From the sequence record DRR723986_5784: DNA of 37,457 bases; one strand, given 5' to 3'. Positions 17,711-30,614 of the stretch are shown here, piece after piece. Under the pieces are notes generated by a model, which was not told the DNA's origin, did not search any database, and saw only the letters and a program-made list of their open reading frames with translations. The position numbers were made by a program, and so were the translations under genes. The number at the start of each line of letters is the position of its first letter. Position 1 is the first letter of the stretch.

Positions 17711-17927
17711 ATTGCGCCGTCGGCAAGGTCACGACCGATGCGGGCCGATCGCGGCTCAAAATTTGACGAGCAATCGTTAAATCCGCTAGACTCATGGCTG
17801 CAATTGCTGGCGACACTGAAGGGCAAGAGGCAGGAATGCGTTTGTATTCCGCCCTTTTGCGTTGCGAAACATGGCGTTGCAACTCTTCTTTTCGGAACAG
17901 AACAATTTGATTTTAGGAGCAGTCGTG

Positions 17928-19451
17928 ATGCGCAAAATAGTTACGGTGTGCGCGCTCGGTGTAGTAGCAATTCTGGCTACCACCTCTGATCAGCGGGCGA
18001 GGATTTCCGCACAGGACGTCGGGAGCAGTCTTTCCGGCCCCCAGAATGGCAACTCGGGCGGAGGTTTAGGCGGCCAGCTTGGTGACGGCCGGAACAATCC
18101 GGCAGCCGGCGGAGCTGCGATGGCTGACTTTGACACCCTCATGAACCTGATTCAGCAAACCGTCGACCCCGACAATTGGCTGGCCGCAGGCGGGGAAAGC
18201 ACCATGTTGCCCTATCCGGCCGGTGTATTCGTCGCACCAAGCGGGAAAATGCAAGTGGTGCAGGACAACCTCGAAGCCCCCGAGCTGAACCTTACAGACG
18301 AAGACAAGAAACTGCACCCGTGGTTATCCAAGTCTGACTCACGCGTAGTTTCACTACGGGAACTCGATCAAGCAATCCTTGACGCAGCGACTGGTAAATC
18401 TCCTCCCACACCCGCCCTCACTCGACTCGCCGGATTGGCGCGAATCAGTTATGTGAAGGTCGATGTTGAGAATGAAGACATCCTGCTGTGCGGTCCCAGC
18501 GGTGACCCCGCTATGGGATTCCATCTGGAGGACCTAGCAGTAATTGCTGCTTTGATCAGCCCGAACACAGCTCCACTGGGTTGTTCGATCGACCCAACAG
18601 ATGATGGCCTGCGGGCTGTCCAAGCACTTTTCCGCAAACCGGGTGCAACCAAGCGACTCTCGCGTAGCCCTGCAACGGTCGCAAAGGAAATGAAGCGTGC
18701 TTTGGGCCCTCAGAAGATTTCGATTTTCGGCATCAATCCACGATCGAGCACGGCTATTGTTCTGGTCGACGCTGACGCCCACATGAAGAAAGTTGGCTTT
18801 GGCGTTGGCAAAGTCCGCGAGAATATTCCGACTTACTTTGACCATGTCAATAAACAACGCAGTGTTCCAAAGCAAAGCATGGTTCGATGGTGGTTTGCGT
18901 ACAACGACACACCTGTTTCGGTTAGCCAGTCTGGAGACCTCTTCAAACTTCCCGAAGATGTCGTTCGCGTAATGAGTGAACAGCAATGGCTGACCGCGGG
19001 CGGACGAGCACCGACGGGCGGAAAAGACAAAGCTGCCGACGAATTTGCGAAGGGCTTTTCTTCGCGCATCGCTGGCCTTCGGCGCGTTCATCCGTCGTAT
19101 TCCCGATTGTGCGCTGTCTTCGAATCGGCTCTCGCCCTACAACTTGCACTCGACAAGTCTGGACAACCGGACCTTCGAGCCTGGTTTCCGCATCTGTGCC
19201 GACTTGGCATGGCGGAACGCCCAAAGTCCCACGCACCAAAGTCGCTTGATGGCATCGCCACCGCAAAACGACTTTCTAACGGTACTGTTGTTGCCGTTGT
19301 AAGTGGTGGAGTACAAGCCGATGTTGCTTCGATGGCGGAAAAGAACCTGCAAGTCTCGAAGTTCTTGTCAGCTACAGTGATTCCCGACCGCCCTAGCGAA
19401 ACCAAGACCGATAAGTCGAGCGTTCACGCTTGGTGGTGGACCGGCAACTGA
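17928..19451 (+). CDS. Exported DUF1598-family planctomycete protein
   Basis: R.VSL..L, LAGL.RI.YV, GCSIDPT, LVDAD.HMK, RWWF; signal peptide from Met 17928 (ORF track starts 17862). Confidence 0.72.
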   Translation: MRKIVTVCALGVVAILATTSDQRARISAQDVGSSLSGPQNGNSGGGLGGQLGDGRNNPAAGGAAMADFDTLMNLIQQTVDPDNWLAAGGESTMLPYPAGVFVAPSGKMQVVQDNLEAPELNLTDEDKKLHPWLSKSDSRVVSLRELDQAILDAATGKSPPTPALTRLAGLARISYVKVDVENEDILLCGPSGDPAMGFHLEDLAVIAALISPNTAPLGCSIDPTDDGLRAVQALFRKPGATKRLSRSPATVAKEMKRALGPQKISIFGINPRSSTAIVLVDADAHMKKVGFGVGKVRENIPTYFDHVNKQRSVPKQSMVRWWFAYNDTPVSVSQSGDLFKLPEDVVRVMSEQQWLTAGGRAPTGGKDKAADEFAKGFSSRIAGLRRVHPSYSRLCAVFESALALQLALDKSGQPDLRAWFPHLCRLGMAERPKSHAPKSLDGIATAKRLSNGTVVAVVSGGVQADVASMAEKNLQVSKFLSATVIPDRPSETKTDKSSVHAWWWTGN

Positions 19452-19509
19452 CCAAGACTAGCCCAGGATGCAACAAATCGTTTGCTTCCAAACTAACGAA
19501 ACTGATTCC

Positions 19510-19540
19510 AATAGCCTTCGGTACGCCGAAGGCTATTTTT
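19510..19540 (+). terminator. Intrinsic terminator after the DUF1598 gene
   Basis: AATAGCCTTCGG-TACG-CCGAAGGCTATT then TTT; perfect 12-bp stem. Confidence 0.8.
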
Positions 19541-19715
19541 CTGCGCTGACCAACGAATCACGCAATCGACTGCGGATCAACGTCTGCCCACACAGTACGC
19601 CCAGAGGGCAAAACGACTTCCCCCGCGAACCTACTTTTGATCACGTGTCGGCGCCTGTATCATGTGACGGCAGCATTATAGAAACCGTTGAAACGTTCTT
19701 AACTTTGAGTTCGTC

Positions 19716-20651
19716 ATGGAAAAGATAGCCATTGAGGCAGTAGCGCCAGGAAAAACGAAACTTGGATGGATCGGCACTGGCGTCATGGGCAGCAGCATGT
19801 GCTCTCACCTGATGGACGCTGGTTTCGACATGACAATTTTCTCTCGCACCAAGTCGAAAGCAGAGGAACTGATCAACCGTGGTGCACAGTGGGTCGATTC
19901 TCCAGCGGATGTTGCCAAGGCGTCCGACGTTATCTTCACCATTGTTGGATTTCCTCACGACGTACATCAAGTCATCCTGGGACCTTCCGGCGTTTTGTCT
20001 GGATGCAAGCCTGGCAACGTGATCGTCGACATGACGACCAGTGAACCTTCGCTCGCATCGGAGATCAACCGTATCGCCTCCGAACACAATGTTTACTCAT
20101 TAGATGCTCCAGTCTCGGGAGGCGACAAAGGCGCTCGTGAGGGTATCCTCTCCATCATGATTGGTGGCGATCCAGACGTCGTTGAAGCGCTTGCGCCTTG
20201 TTGGCAGGCGATGGGCAAAACAATTGTGCATCAGGGCCCAGCGGGTTGCGGGCAGCACACCAAGATGGTCAACCAAACGCTCATCGCTAGTGGCATGGTG
20301 GCCGTCTGCGAAGCTTTGGTTTACGGGCACAAGGCTGGTCTGAACCTGGAAACAGTCATGTTGAGTGTATCTTCGGGTGCGGCGGGCAGTTGGTCTCTGA
20401 ACAACTTGGGGCCTCGCGTCTTGGCCAACGATTTTGATCCCGGTTTTTTCGTTGAACACTTCGTCAAAGATATGGGAATCGCCCTGGACGAGAGCCGTCG
20501 TATGGGCCTCTGCCTACCGGGCCTTGCGCTTGCAGAACAACTTTATCAGTCGGTGATGGCCAAGGGCGGCGGCAAGCTTGGAACACAGGCCCTGACGCTA
20601 GCCATTGCTGAATTGGCTGGCTTCGACTGGCAGACCCGGCAGGAACAATAA
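19716..20651 (+). CDS. Beta-hydroxyacid dehydrogenase (3-hydroxyisobutyrate dehydrogenase / tartronate semialdehyde reductase family)
   Basis: [26 protein letters not shown]...HFVKDMGIA. Confidence 0.9.
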   Translation: MEKIAIEAVAPGKTKLGWIGTGVMGSSMCSHLMDAGFDMTIFSRTKSKAEELINRGAQWVDSPADVAKASDVIFTIVGFPHDVHQVILGPSGVLSGCKPGNVIVDMTTSEPSLASEINRIASEHNVYSLDAPVSGGDKGAREGILSIMIGGDPDVVEALAPCWQAMGKTIVHQGPAGCGQHTKMVNQTLIASGMVAVCEALVYGHKAGLNLETVMLSVSSGAAGSWSLNNLGPRVLANDFDPGFFVEHFVKDMGIALDESRRMGLCLPGLALAEQLYQSVMAKGGGKLGTQALTLAIAELAGFDWQTRQEQ

Positions 20652-20696
20652 ATCAACCGTAGACAAACGTCACTAAGCACCCCGAAAGCACTATCG

Positions 20697-21821
20697 ATGC
20701 CAGATGCCACCTTCTCACAGCTAAATCCACGCGAACGCATTTTGATGGGCCCCGGTCCGAGCACCGTACCAAGTCGGATTCGTCAAGCGATGGCGGCTCC
20801 AACACTTGGGCACCTTGACCCACAATATATTGGCTACATGGACGAAACCTGCCAGATGCTTCGTGATGTTTTCCAAACGGAAAATCCTCTCACGTTCCCA
20901 GTTTCTGGAACAGGCATGGCAGGTATGGAAACCGTGGTCGTCAACCTGGTCGAACCTGGTGACGAAGTCATCGTATGCATAAATGGTGTCTTTGGCGGTC
21001 GCATGAAAGACAATATGGAGCGAGCTGGTGCGACGGTCCACACCGTTGAGACAGATTGGGGCAAGACCTTCACTCAAGAACAACTTGCCGAAGCGATCAA
21101 GGCACACCCAAATGCAAAACTGCTGGGCATCGTTCATGCTGAAACTTCAACCGGTGCTCATCAGGACCTGACGGGCCTGGGAGACATGTTGCACGATGCC
21201 GGAATGCTGCTGGCCGTTGATGCCGTGACTTCTCTAGGTGGGCACGAATTGAAAGTCGACGAGTGGGGCATCGATGCTATCTACTCGGGTACGCAGAAGT
21301 GCCTTTCCTGCCCGCCCGGACTTTCGCCAGTGTCTTTTTCGGCACGAGCCACGGAGGTCATGGACGCTCGCAAGACGAAGGTGCAAAGTTGGTACCTAGA
21401 TGTTTCAATGCTACGCAATTATTACAGTGGCGGAGGCGGTCGCGCCTACCATCACACTGCACCAATCAACATGGTGTACGCTCTTCGTGAGTCTTTGGCG
21501 ATCGTACTCGAAGAGGGCCTGGAGAACAGGATCGCTCGGCACAAAGAAATGCACCTGATGCTACGTGAGGGGCTAGAGAAACTCGGCCTTTGCTATGTGC
21601 CTGAACATTCGCTATGCACGCTGAACTGCGTTGCATTTCCTGAGGGCGTAGACGACGCTGCCGTCCGTAGCCGCCTGCTAAGCGAATTCGATATCGAAAT
21701 TGGCGGCGGACTGGGCGCATTTGCCGGTAAAGCCTGGCGAATTGGCTTGATGGGCCACGGTGCGACGCATCGCAACGTGACCACCCTACTAGGTGCTCTC
21801 GCCGAGTGCATGAGCAGCTAG
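20697..21821 (+). CDS. Alanine-glyoxylate / serine-pyruvate aminotransferase (class V PLP)
   Basis: [47 protein letters not shown]. Confidence 0.9.
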   Translation: MPDATFSQLNPRERILMGPGPSTVPSRIRQAMAAPTLGHLDPQYIGYMDETCQMLRDVFQTENPLTFPVSGTGMAGMETVVVNLVEPGDEVIVCINGVFGGRMKDNMERAGATVHTVETDWGKTFTQEQLAEAIKAHPNAKLLGIVHAETSTGAHQDLTGLGDMLHDAGMLLAVDAVTSLGGHELKVDEWGIDAIYSGTQKCLSCPPGLSPVSFSARATEVMDARKTKVQSWYLDVSMLRNYYSGGGGRAYHHTAPINMVYALRESLAIVLEEGLENRIARHKEMHLMLREGLEKLGLCYVPEHSLCTLNCVAFPEGVDDAAVRSRLLSEFDIEIGGGLGAFAGKAWRIGLMGHGATHRNVTTLLGALAECMSS

Positions 21822-21846
21822 CTACCAGGCAATCGGGCCAAGCCGA

Positions 21847-24105
<2,259 letters not shown>

Positions 24106-24403
24106 TCATTGTTGGCCGCAAATTCAAATGTTGCTTACGTTTGCGGAAATCTTGGTGGGCAGTGGCTTGATCGGCAGAAGCACTGAACGCTTCCACGCAC
24201 GGCTGCACTGAAATTCACCCCACCGAAATCAAGTTCTCAAGATTATCAGCGTGACCGCGAATCGACAACGATCGATGGGGCTCTTTGGCACGTTTCGCTC
24301 AGCAAAATACGACCTTAACGTCAATTAATGGCGCGATCCGGCAAACTCTGGGGGCCCATTGCCAGAGATTCTACTGAACAGGTAAATTTCAGCGCCGGTT
24401 CTT

Positions 24404-24433
24404 GGCAAGATTCGACCAGGCAAGTTTCGCCCA
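24404..24433. repeat. 15-bp imperfect tandem duplication
   Basis: GGCAAGATTCGACCA GGCAAGTTTCGCCCA. Confidence 0.6.
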
Positions 24434-24503
24434 AGCCCTGTGAGATTCCGCCCGCGACGGTGCGATATGATATCTCTATCAACTTGCAAGCCCAGCAAAT
24501 CAG

Positions 24504-25604
24504 CTACCTGCAAGCCTCAATGGCGTCGGCCACCAACTGCGGATCGACGTCGCTGACAAGATCCACACTGCCGATCTTGGTCGGTAGCACAAACCGCAAC
24601 TTGCCGTGTTGAACTTTCTTGTCCCTGGCCATGCATTCGATCATCGCCGTTGTCTCCGCCTGGTCGTAGCAAATCGGCAATTGGAGACTCTCAAGCAATT
24701 CCGCTTGGCGAGAAACAAAATCGGAGTTTACCCGCTTCATTGAAGCAGCTAGGTGAGCCGCCATGTTCATTCCGATCGAAACCGCTTCACCATGCAAGAA
24801 GGTGCCGTAGCCCGCGGTCGCCTCAATTGCATGTGCAAAGGTATGGCCATAATTCAAAATGGCGCGTCGGCCCGACGTCTCGCGTTCGTCCGCAGCAACA
24901 ACCTCGGCCTTGCACTGGCACGAACGGGCAACTAGGTGAGAAATTGCCGCATCGTCCTTCGACAGCACCGATGCGGCGTTGTCCAACAAGTAATCAAAGA
25001 TGTCCGGTGCCATGATGACTCCGTACTTGGCAACTTCCGCCAACCCGGAAACATACTCCCGCTGAGGCAAAGTCCCGAGTGTATCGATATCGATAAGGAC
25101 AGCCGTGGGTTGCCAAAACGCGCCGACGATATTCTTAGCAGAAGGGAGATTGATGCCTGTCTTTCCACCTACACTGGAGTCCACCTGACTGAGGAGCGTC
25201 GTGGGCAATTGGACCAACGGAATACCTCTGGCAAAACTCGCGGCGGCAAAACCTGCTAGGTCGCCAGTTACACCGCCGCCGACCGCGACGACAACACTCC
25301 CACGATCCGTTTTCTCCTCCAGCATTGTCTGCCAAATCCGCGACAGGTGATCGACTGATTTACTGCCCTCGCCACTTGGAACGCTCACGTTGCTAACGCG
25401 AAGTCCTGCTGCGGCCAGCGCGTCAGAGGCTGCAACACGAATCGAATCCACTGCCGCATCGGCAATCAAGACAGCATGCACGCAGCCGGGCAATTCTTGC
25501 GTGATGACTTCGCCAAGTTTCGACACAACGCCCCGAGAAATGTGGATTTGGTAGCTACGTTCGCTGAGAAGGACGTCAACGATGGTCTGCCGAGTGTTAT
25601 CCAT
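24504..25604 (-). CDS. aroB: 3-dehydroquinate synthase
   Basis: GEGSK, GGGVTGDLAGF, PTTLLSQVDSSVGGKTGIN, LNYGHTFAHAIE, HGEAV. Confidence 0.96.
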   Translation of the reverse strand: MDNTRQTIVDVLLSERSYQIHISRGVVSKLGEVITQELPGCVHAVLIADAAVDSIRVAASDALAAAGLRVSNVSVPSGEGSKSVDHLSRIWQTMLEEKTDRGSVVVAVGGGVTGDLAGFAAASFARGIPLVQLPTTLLSQVDSSVGGKTGINLPSAKNIVGAFWQPTAVLIDIDTLGTLPQREYVSGLAEVAKYGVIMAPDIFDYLLDNAASVLSKDDAAISHLVARSCQCKAEVVAADERETSGRRAILNYGHTFAHAIEATAGYGTFLHGEAVSIGMNMAAHLAASMKRVNSDFVSRQAELLESLQLPICYDQAETTAMIECMARDKKVQHGKLRFVLPTKIGSVDLVSDVDPQLVADAIEACR

Positions 25605-25834
25605 GGGATGATTCGATCAAGAAAGACAATTTGGGGCTGCGGACAATCTGAAGCCTGGTTCAGATCGGGCCGATTTACAGTTTCTTGAAGAGGCGTACAA
25701 TCCGCGATCGCGCGAACCCGACGGCCATTGGCGTTCTCCAATCCAAGTCGCCTCATTGTTCAGCGCAAGCCGGTCTCTGACAACCGAACGAATCACCCTA
25801 ACCAGCTAAACCTGCCTCGATAGGTTTTCCACCA

Positions 25835-27058
25835 ATGTCCCAGACTCCCCCTCGCGATCGGGCCACACACGCCTTTCTGATCAAAGTCGGAATGGTGTTG
25901 CATCAGTTCGGGACGCCCTCGCACCGCCTGGAACGCGTGATGACGGAATTGGCTGAACACCTGGGTATTCAAGGCACGTTTCTGTACACGCCAACCGCAC
26001 TGATCATGTCCATTTCAGCGGGCGAGGATGAGGAGGCCACCTATCTCAGACGCGCCGATTCTGGTGCCCTGGATGTCGACAAGTTGATCAAGTTCGATGA
26101 GACGCTGGAACGCTTTGTCGCATCTGAACTCAGTATCGAACAAGCTTCAGAGGAGATCGATCGGATTTCCCAAGCGGCCGCGCCGTATCCAAGTTACGTT
26201 GCCATCATGGCTTGCGCGATCAGCTCGGCCGCTGTTGCAATCCTGTTTCGAGGCACATGGCCAGAAGTTGCTTGTGCTTCCTTCGTAGGATTAATCGTCT
26301 GCATCATCGAGTGGCTTCATGGACGATGGCGACTTGAGCGGGGATTCTTGGAACCCATCACCGGTTTCGTCGCGAGCATTCTTGCGTTGTTGTTTGCTCG
26401 TTACATCTTCCCAATCGACGACCGACTGGTCACCCTCGCTGGCTTAATCATTCTCATACCAGGCTTGGGAATCACCGTGGCTCTCACCGAACTTGCCGTA
26501 GGACACTTGTCGGCGGGAGTTGCTAGACTGGCAGGAGCGTGTGTTTCATTGCTCACGATTACGATTGGTGTAGCCCTCGGTTGGAGGGTAGCTGCTGAGA
26601 GCCTGCGGAACATTCCCGCCGAACGACTCTGGCTGATTGATCCGATTTGGACTTGGGTGGCGATGGTTGTAGCCCCAGTTACGTTTGCAATCGTCTTCCG
26701 CGCTCGGCCACCTCAATGGCCAGTGATCATTGCTGTTACGATGCTAGGCTTCTTATCAAGCCGTTTTGCCGGAGACCAATGGGGCACGGAAGTTGGAGCA
26801 TTTTGTGGTGCATTCGCTGTTGGCCTAGCCAGCAACATGTACGCCAGAGTTCGCAATCGTCCGGCCCTGGTACCCTTTACACCCGGTCTCATCATCTTGG
26901 TGCCTGGCTCAGTCGGCTTCAGATCCCTGACAGCGATGCTCGATCACGAGACGATCGCAGGCGTAGACTTTGCATTCACCATGGTCATTCTCGCCGCGGC
27001 ACTTGTTGGCGGGATTCTCTCGGCGAATGCTGTCCTGCCACCCAAGAGAATTCTCTAG
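25835..27058 (+). CDS. ThrE-family threonine/serine exporter (two-domain fusion)
   Basis: G.PSHRLE, about 10 hydrophobic segments, LIPG and LVPG motifs. Confidence 0.82.
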   Translation: MSQTPPRDRATHAFLIKVGMVLHQFGTPSHRLERVMTELAEHLGIQGTFLYTPTALIMSISAGEDEEATYLRRADSGALDVDKLIKFDETLERFVASELSIEQASEEIDRISQAAAPYPSYVAIMACAISSAAVAILFRGTWPEVACASFVGLIVCIIEWLHGRWRLERGFLEPITGFVASILALLFARYIFPIDDRLVTLAGLIILIPGLGITVALTELAVGHLSAGVARLAGACVSLLTITIGVALGWRVAAESLRNIPAERLWLIDPIWTWVAMVVAPVTFAIVFRARPPQWPVIIAVTMLGFLSSRFAGDQWGTEVGAFCGAFAVGLASNMYARVRNRPALVPFTPGLIILVPGSVGFRSLTAMLDHETIAGVDFAFTMVILAAALVGGILSANAVLPPKRIL

Positions 27059-27082
27059 TGGGCGCGTTCCAAGATCATCTCT

Positions 27083-29182
27083 TTACTGCGGTAGAACATT
27101 ACGCCGCTTGAGCTCTGCATCGCATTCAGACAAGTCAAAGTGTTTGAGCACTCCCGGCGGCAGGTAGGCCAACGGCATAGAGTAATCTTCCTGTGTCGCC
27201 AAACTCTCGAACGATTCAATACGCTCGTGAATTGTCAGTCTTGAAACTTGCGGTGCAAGCACGGCGGCCAAAGTAGCAATCAACGCTCCCCAGCGCTGGC
27301 CGGCCAAATGCACCGACGGCGCCCCCAGACTGCGCATCCAGTCGATCACAACTAGCACGTCGTGAACTTTTTGCCCAAGATAGGGCTGCGATAACATGAT
27401 CGAATGGGCAGCGTAGAAGTAATCGCATCCATAGGGATCGTCGAAAGAATCAATCCCACACGTATTCGGCTTCGACTCACCAATCCCACGCACGTCAACG
27501 GTGAACGTGTCACCTTGATGATGCGTTGCATCGTCGACCGCCTGCCCACTCGCCTGCTCGCTCCCACTCGCCTGCGGACCATCGATCAACGTTCGAAGCC
27601 AATTCAATTCACGCAATTCTTCATCGCTCGAACGATCGGCGACGTAAACCAAGGCTGGACGGTTCATCTTCGGCGGACGAGAAAGATGCCGCTGCGAGTC
27701 CAAGCGATAACATATCGCCTCGGCTCCAGGCTGCGTGGCGACAGCGTAAGCGGTGGCTCTTCCGCGTGGGTATCCCCGCGAACCGAAATCTCGCAAGATT
27801 CGGAAATCAGGCGCCTGCTGCTCACGCTCCTGAATGGCCAACACTTTCGAGACTGCGTCAACAAGCCCTTTTCCTTGCTTGGGCTTTCGCTCCTCGGATA
27901 GTTCGAGAGCACGATCTCGCGTAAACGTAAATACGCTACGTGCACCGTGGTTAGCCACTTGCCCCGACTCTGTGCACCAGAGGTCTTGTTCGTCCTCCAG
28001 TTCAATGGTTGGCTCCTCAGCAATCTCCGCTCGGCCAGTTGCTCTGAGAAAGCAGTTGTACATGGCAGTTCGATTTTCCTGGGAAAAGCCATGTTCAGTG
28101 GGGCCAACAAACAGTCGAATGTTCTCTTCTGCTCCCAACAAACGATAGACGCGGCGGATCCGCTCGAAAGCCTCTTCGCTCCCGCGGACGTCGAAGAAAT
28201 CTCGCTCCTTGGCCAAGATAGTGATTGGCTTGGGAGCCATCGCAACAAGAAAGTCCTCGTGGTCCAGGCCTGCTGCCAAAACCCCTGGCGGACATTGCTC
28301 TGTATCGGCAGGCAGCTCATTCTCCGCATTGCGAACAAACGAGGTGACGAAACAAGAGGGTGCGGCCATTGTCCATCGCTTTTCCAAGCCGCACAGCCAA
28401 GTCGTCATCGTGCCGCCTCCAGAATTCCCCGTCACTCCAATGTGATCACCGTCAATCTCAGGACGTGTGAGAAGATAGTCCAACGCCCGAATGCCATCCC
28501 ATGCCCGCCACATGGGCAAGTTCTCGCCAACCAGATACTGCTGGTTGCCACATTGAATATGCTCTCGGACACCAACGCCAACGCTTGATCGCCCCTCAGG
28601 TGTCAAATACTGCAAACGCTCACCTTGCCCGATTGGATCGAAGATCAGGCATGCAAATCCCAGCTTGGCCAACCCAGATGCAAACGACTGATAAGCCTCG
28701 GCTGCTTTGCCGTTTGACGAATGTCCGCAAGTTCCAACGACACCTGGGACCGGCTGCTTAGAGTTTGGCAGGTACAAATTCGCCGTGACTGGGAAGTCTG
28801 GACGACTGTAAAAAATCAGCTTCTCAACTCGATACTGGTCGCGCTCGATGACGCCCGTGATTTGGGCGTTTAGATCCGTCTTCTTCGGCCTTGAACCAAA
28901 ACACTTTGCGATCTTTCGCTGCGTCGCAAGTACATACCGCTGCGCCTCGCTGCGTGACGTAAGTTCCCATTTTGCCTGAGCGCTTCGCCGTCCAGCCTCG
29001 CGAACGCGGGCAACGATATGCCGCTGGACCATCCGCGGATAACGATTCAGCGGCGTGTATTTTGATTCCGCCGCAGAAAGGATGTCACCGCGTGTGACTA
29101 TCGCGGACCCGGCCGCAATCGCGAAAGCTCCGGACAGCGCCTTTCGGCGGGATACGACGACTTGGTTTTGTGCGTGGTTCAT
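27083..29182 (-). CDS. Tat-exported acetyl-xylan-esterase-like alpha/beta hydrolase with two tandem domains
   Basis: SRRKAL leader, CGHS.NGK, DPIGQGER, WDGIRALDYL, GNSGGG nucleophile elbow, DFF, HGF; start 29182 or 29218. Confidence 0.8.
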   Translation of the reverse strand: MNHAQNQVVVSRRKALSGAFAIAAGSAIVTRGDILSAAESKYTPLNRYPRMVQRHIVARVREAGRRSAQAKWELTSRSEAQRYVLATQRKIAKCFGSRPKKTDLNAQITGVIERDQYRVEKLIFYSRPDFPVTANLYLPNSKQPVPGVVGTCGHSSNGKAAEAYQSFASGLAKLGFACLIFDPIGQGERLQYLTPEGRSSVGVGVREHIQCGNQQYLVGENLPMWRAWDGIRALDYLLTRPEIDGDHIGVTGNSGGGTMTTWLCGLEKRWTMAAPSCFVTSFVRNAENELPADTEQCPPGVLAAGLDHEDFLVAMAPKPITILAKERDFFDVRGSEEAFERIRRVYRLLGAEENIRLFVGPTEHGFSQENRTAMYNCFLRATGRAEIAEEPTIELEDEQDLWCTESGQVANHGARSVFTFTRDRALELSEERKPKQGKGLVDAVSKVLAIQEREQQAPDFRILRDFGSRGYPRGRATAYAVATQPGAEAICYRLDSQRHLSRPPKMNRPALVYVADRSSDEELRELNWLRTLIDGPQASGSEQASGQAVDDATHHQGDTFTVDVRGIGESKPNTCGIDSFDDPYGCDYFYAAHSIMLSQPYLGQKVHDVLVVIDWMRSLGAPSVHLAGQRWGALIATLAAVLAPQVSRLTIHERIESFESLATQEDYSMPLAYLPPGVLKHFDLSECDAELKRRNVLPQ

Positions 29183-29283
29183 TTTTCCGCCAGTGTTTCG
29201 TGCATGATTCTTCGGCAAAGCAATATGCTGCCTTGCGACGAACCACCAGTCTAACGGAAAGAAGCAGCACCAATTTAACTGAG

Positions 29284-30591
29284 CTATTCAGCCAGCAGCT
29301 TTTCGATGGTCTTTCGGAAACGTTCGACCAATCGCGCGTGTTCATCACCAGTCGCTGGGCCAGAAAACCCGCTGTAGACTGCCCGCACCTTGCCAGTTTG
29401 ATCAACAAACAGTGTTGTCGGAAAACTGCGAACGCGATCAATGATAGGAAAAACTTTTGAAGCGGCAGCCTTGTCACTTGTTCCTGCAAGCAGCAGTGGG
29501 TAGTCAACCCCGTATCGCGCTTGATAGCGGTCCAACTGCTGCCAACTACGCTCAGGGTCAGCCGTCAATTCGAAAGCCAAGCCTACAACCTTCAGGCCCT
29601 TCTCGCGGTACTGCTGATGCAACGCCTTGAGTAGAATCGCTTCGTCGTGACAGTTCGGGCACCAGGAACCAAACAACTCAATAACAGTTACTTTGCCAAG
29701 CAATTCTGGATCGGCCAAACTCTTCAGTGAACCTTGGGCATCGGGGAACTCCAGGTCGCCCAAGGCAACAGATTCATTCAGCGTGGCGGCGGTAAAACCA
29801 TCTGGCAGAACCGCACCGTCATCTTGGACGGCCGTCATCGACGTTTGATACCAATCGCCCGAGTAGAAAGTCCCCTGCAACCCAAGACCAATCGGTGCAC
29901 TGCCGCGCTTTACAACACGCTGCACTTCGCTGGATGGTTTAGTGGATTTTTCTAGGTGGAAAAGGAAGGCATGAGCGCCATCAAAACACGAGAGCGTTAG
30001 TCGTCCGTCAATGACGCCGCCTGACAGAAATCGATAGTCGCCGGTGGTCGTCAGAATCGTCCCTCGCACTTCGCTTGGGTGATCGCCCAGTGTAAAGATG
30101 CCAATCGCTGGTTCATCGGAGTCTGCGAATTTGATTTGCCAACGTCCGGCAAACGACTCTCCATCGCCGGTGAACACAAGCGGCTTGCGGGTCGCGTTGG
30201 CTTGCACAACAGCCTTGTTCCCCTCACCACGAGTCTTGGTCCATGCCCCCTGAAGTTGATCTGTTGCACCTGCTACGGGCTTCAATTCAAGCCGCGAATC
30301 GTAGTGGGGAAAATCCACAATGAGCGAATCGGCGGTGGTCTGCGTATCAACCTTCAATCTTTCGGTGCCGTTTGACAGCGTGCCCAGAATCGACCCGTCC
30401 GTCAATTCTTCAACGTCGAGAGTAAATGGCAGTTCACCACCTGGGACTTCCAAGCGTACAGTCCACTCTCCGTGCATGTCCTTTTCTCCAGCGAAACAAA
30501 TCGTCGCTTCGAAAATGGTCGCTTGGAGGAACGCGGCGAAAAGCAGCCAAACAATGCGTCTACCTCCGAACGAAATGCTGCACTCACACAT
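29284..30591 (-). CDS. Exported TlpA-like thiol-disulfide oxidoreductase with N-terminal beta domains
   Basis: GSWCPNCHDE, SFPT, TGDYRFL...FDGAHAFLF; ATG 30591 has an AAAGGTG RBS and avoids overlap with tsaD. Confidence 0.82.
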   Translation of the reverse strand: MCECSISFGGRRIVWLLFAAFLQATIFEATICFAGEKDMHGEWTVRLEVPGGELPFTLDVEELTDGSILGTLSNGTERLKVDTQTTADSLIVDFPHYDSRLELKPVAGATDQLQGAWTKTRGEGNKAVVQANATRKPLVFTGDGESFAGRWQIKFADSDEPAIGIFTLGDHPSEVRGTILTTTGDYRFLSGGVIDGRLTLSCFDGAHAFLFHLEKSTKPSSEVQRVVKRGSAPIGLGLQGTFYSGDWYQTSMTAVQDDGAVLPDGFTAATLNESVALGDLEFPDAQGSLKSLADPELLGKVTVIELFGSWCPNCHDEAILLKALHQQYREKGLKVVGLAFELTADPERSWQQLDRYQARYGVDYPLLLAGTSDKAAASKVFPIIDRVRSFPTTLFVDQTGKVRAVYSGFSGPATGDEHARLVERFRKTIEKLLAE

Positions 30592-30614
30592 TGTCAAAAC
30601 ACCTTTGCGTAAAA

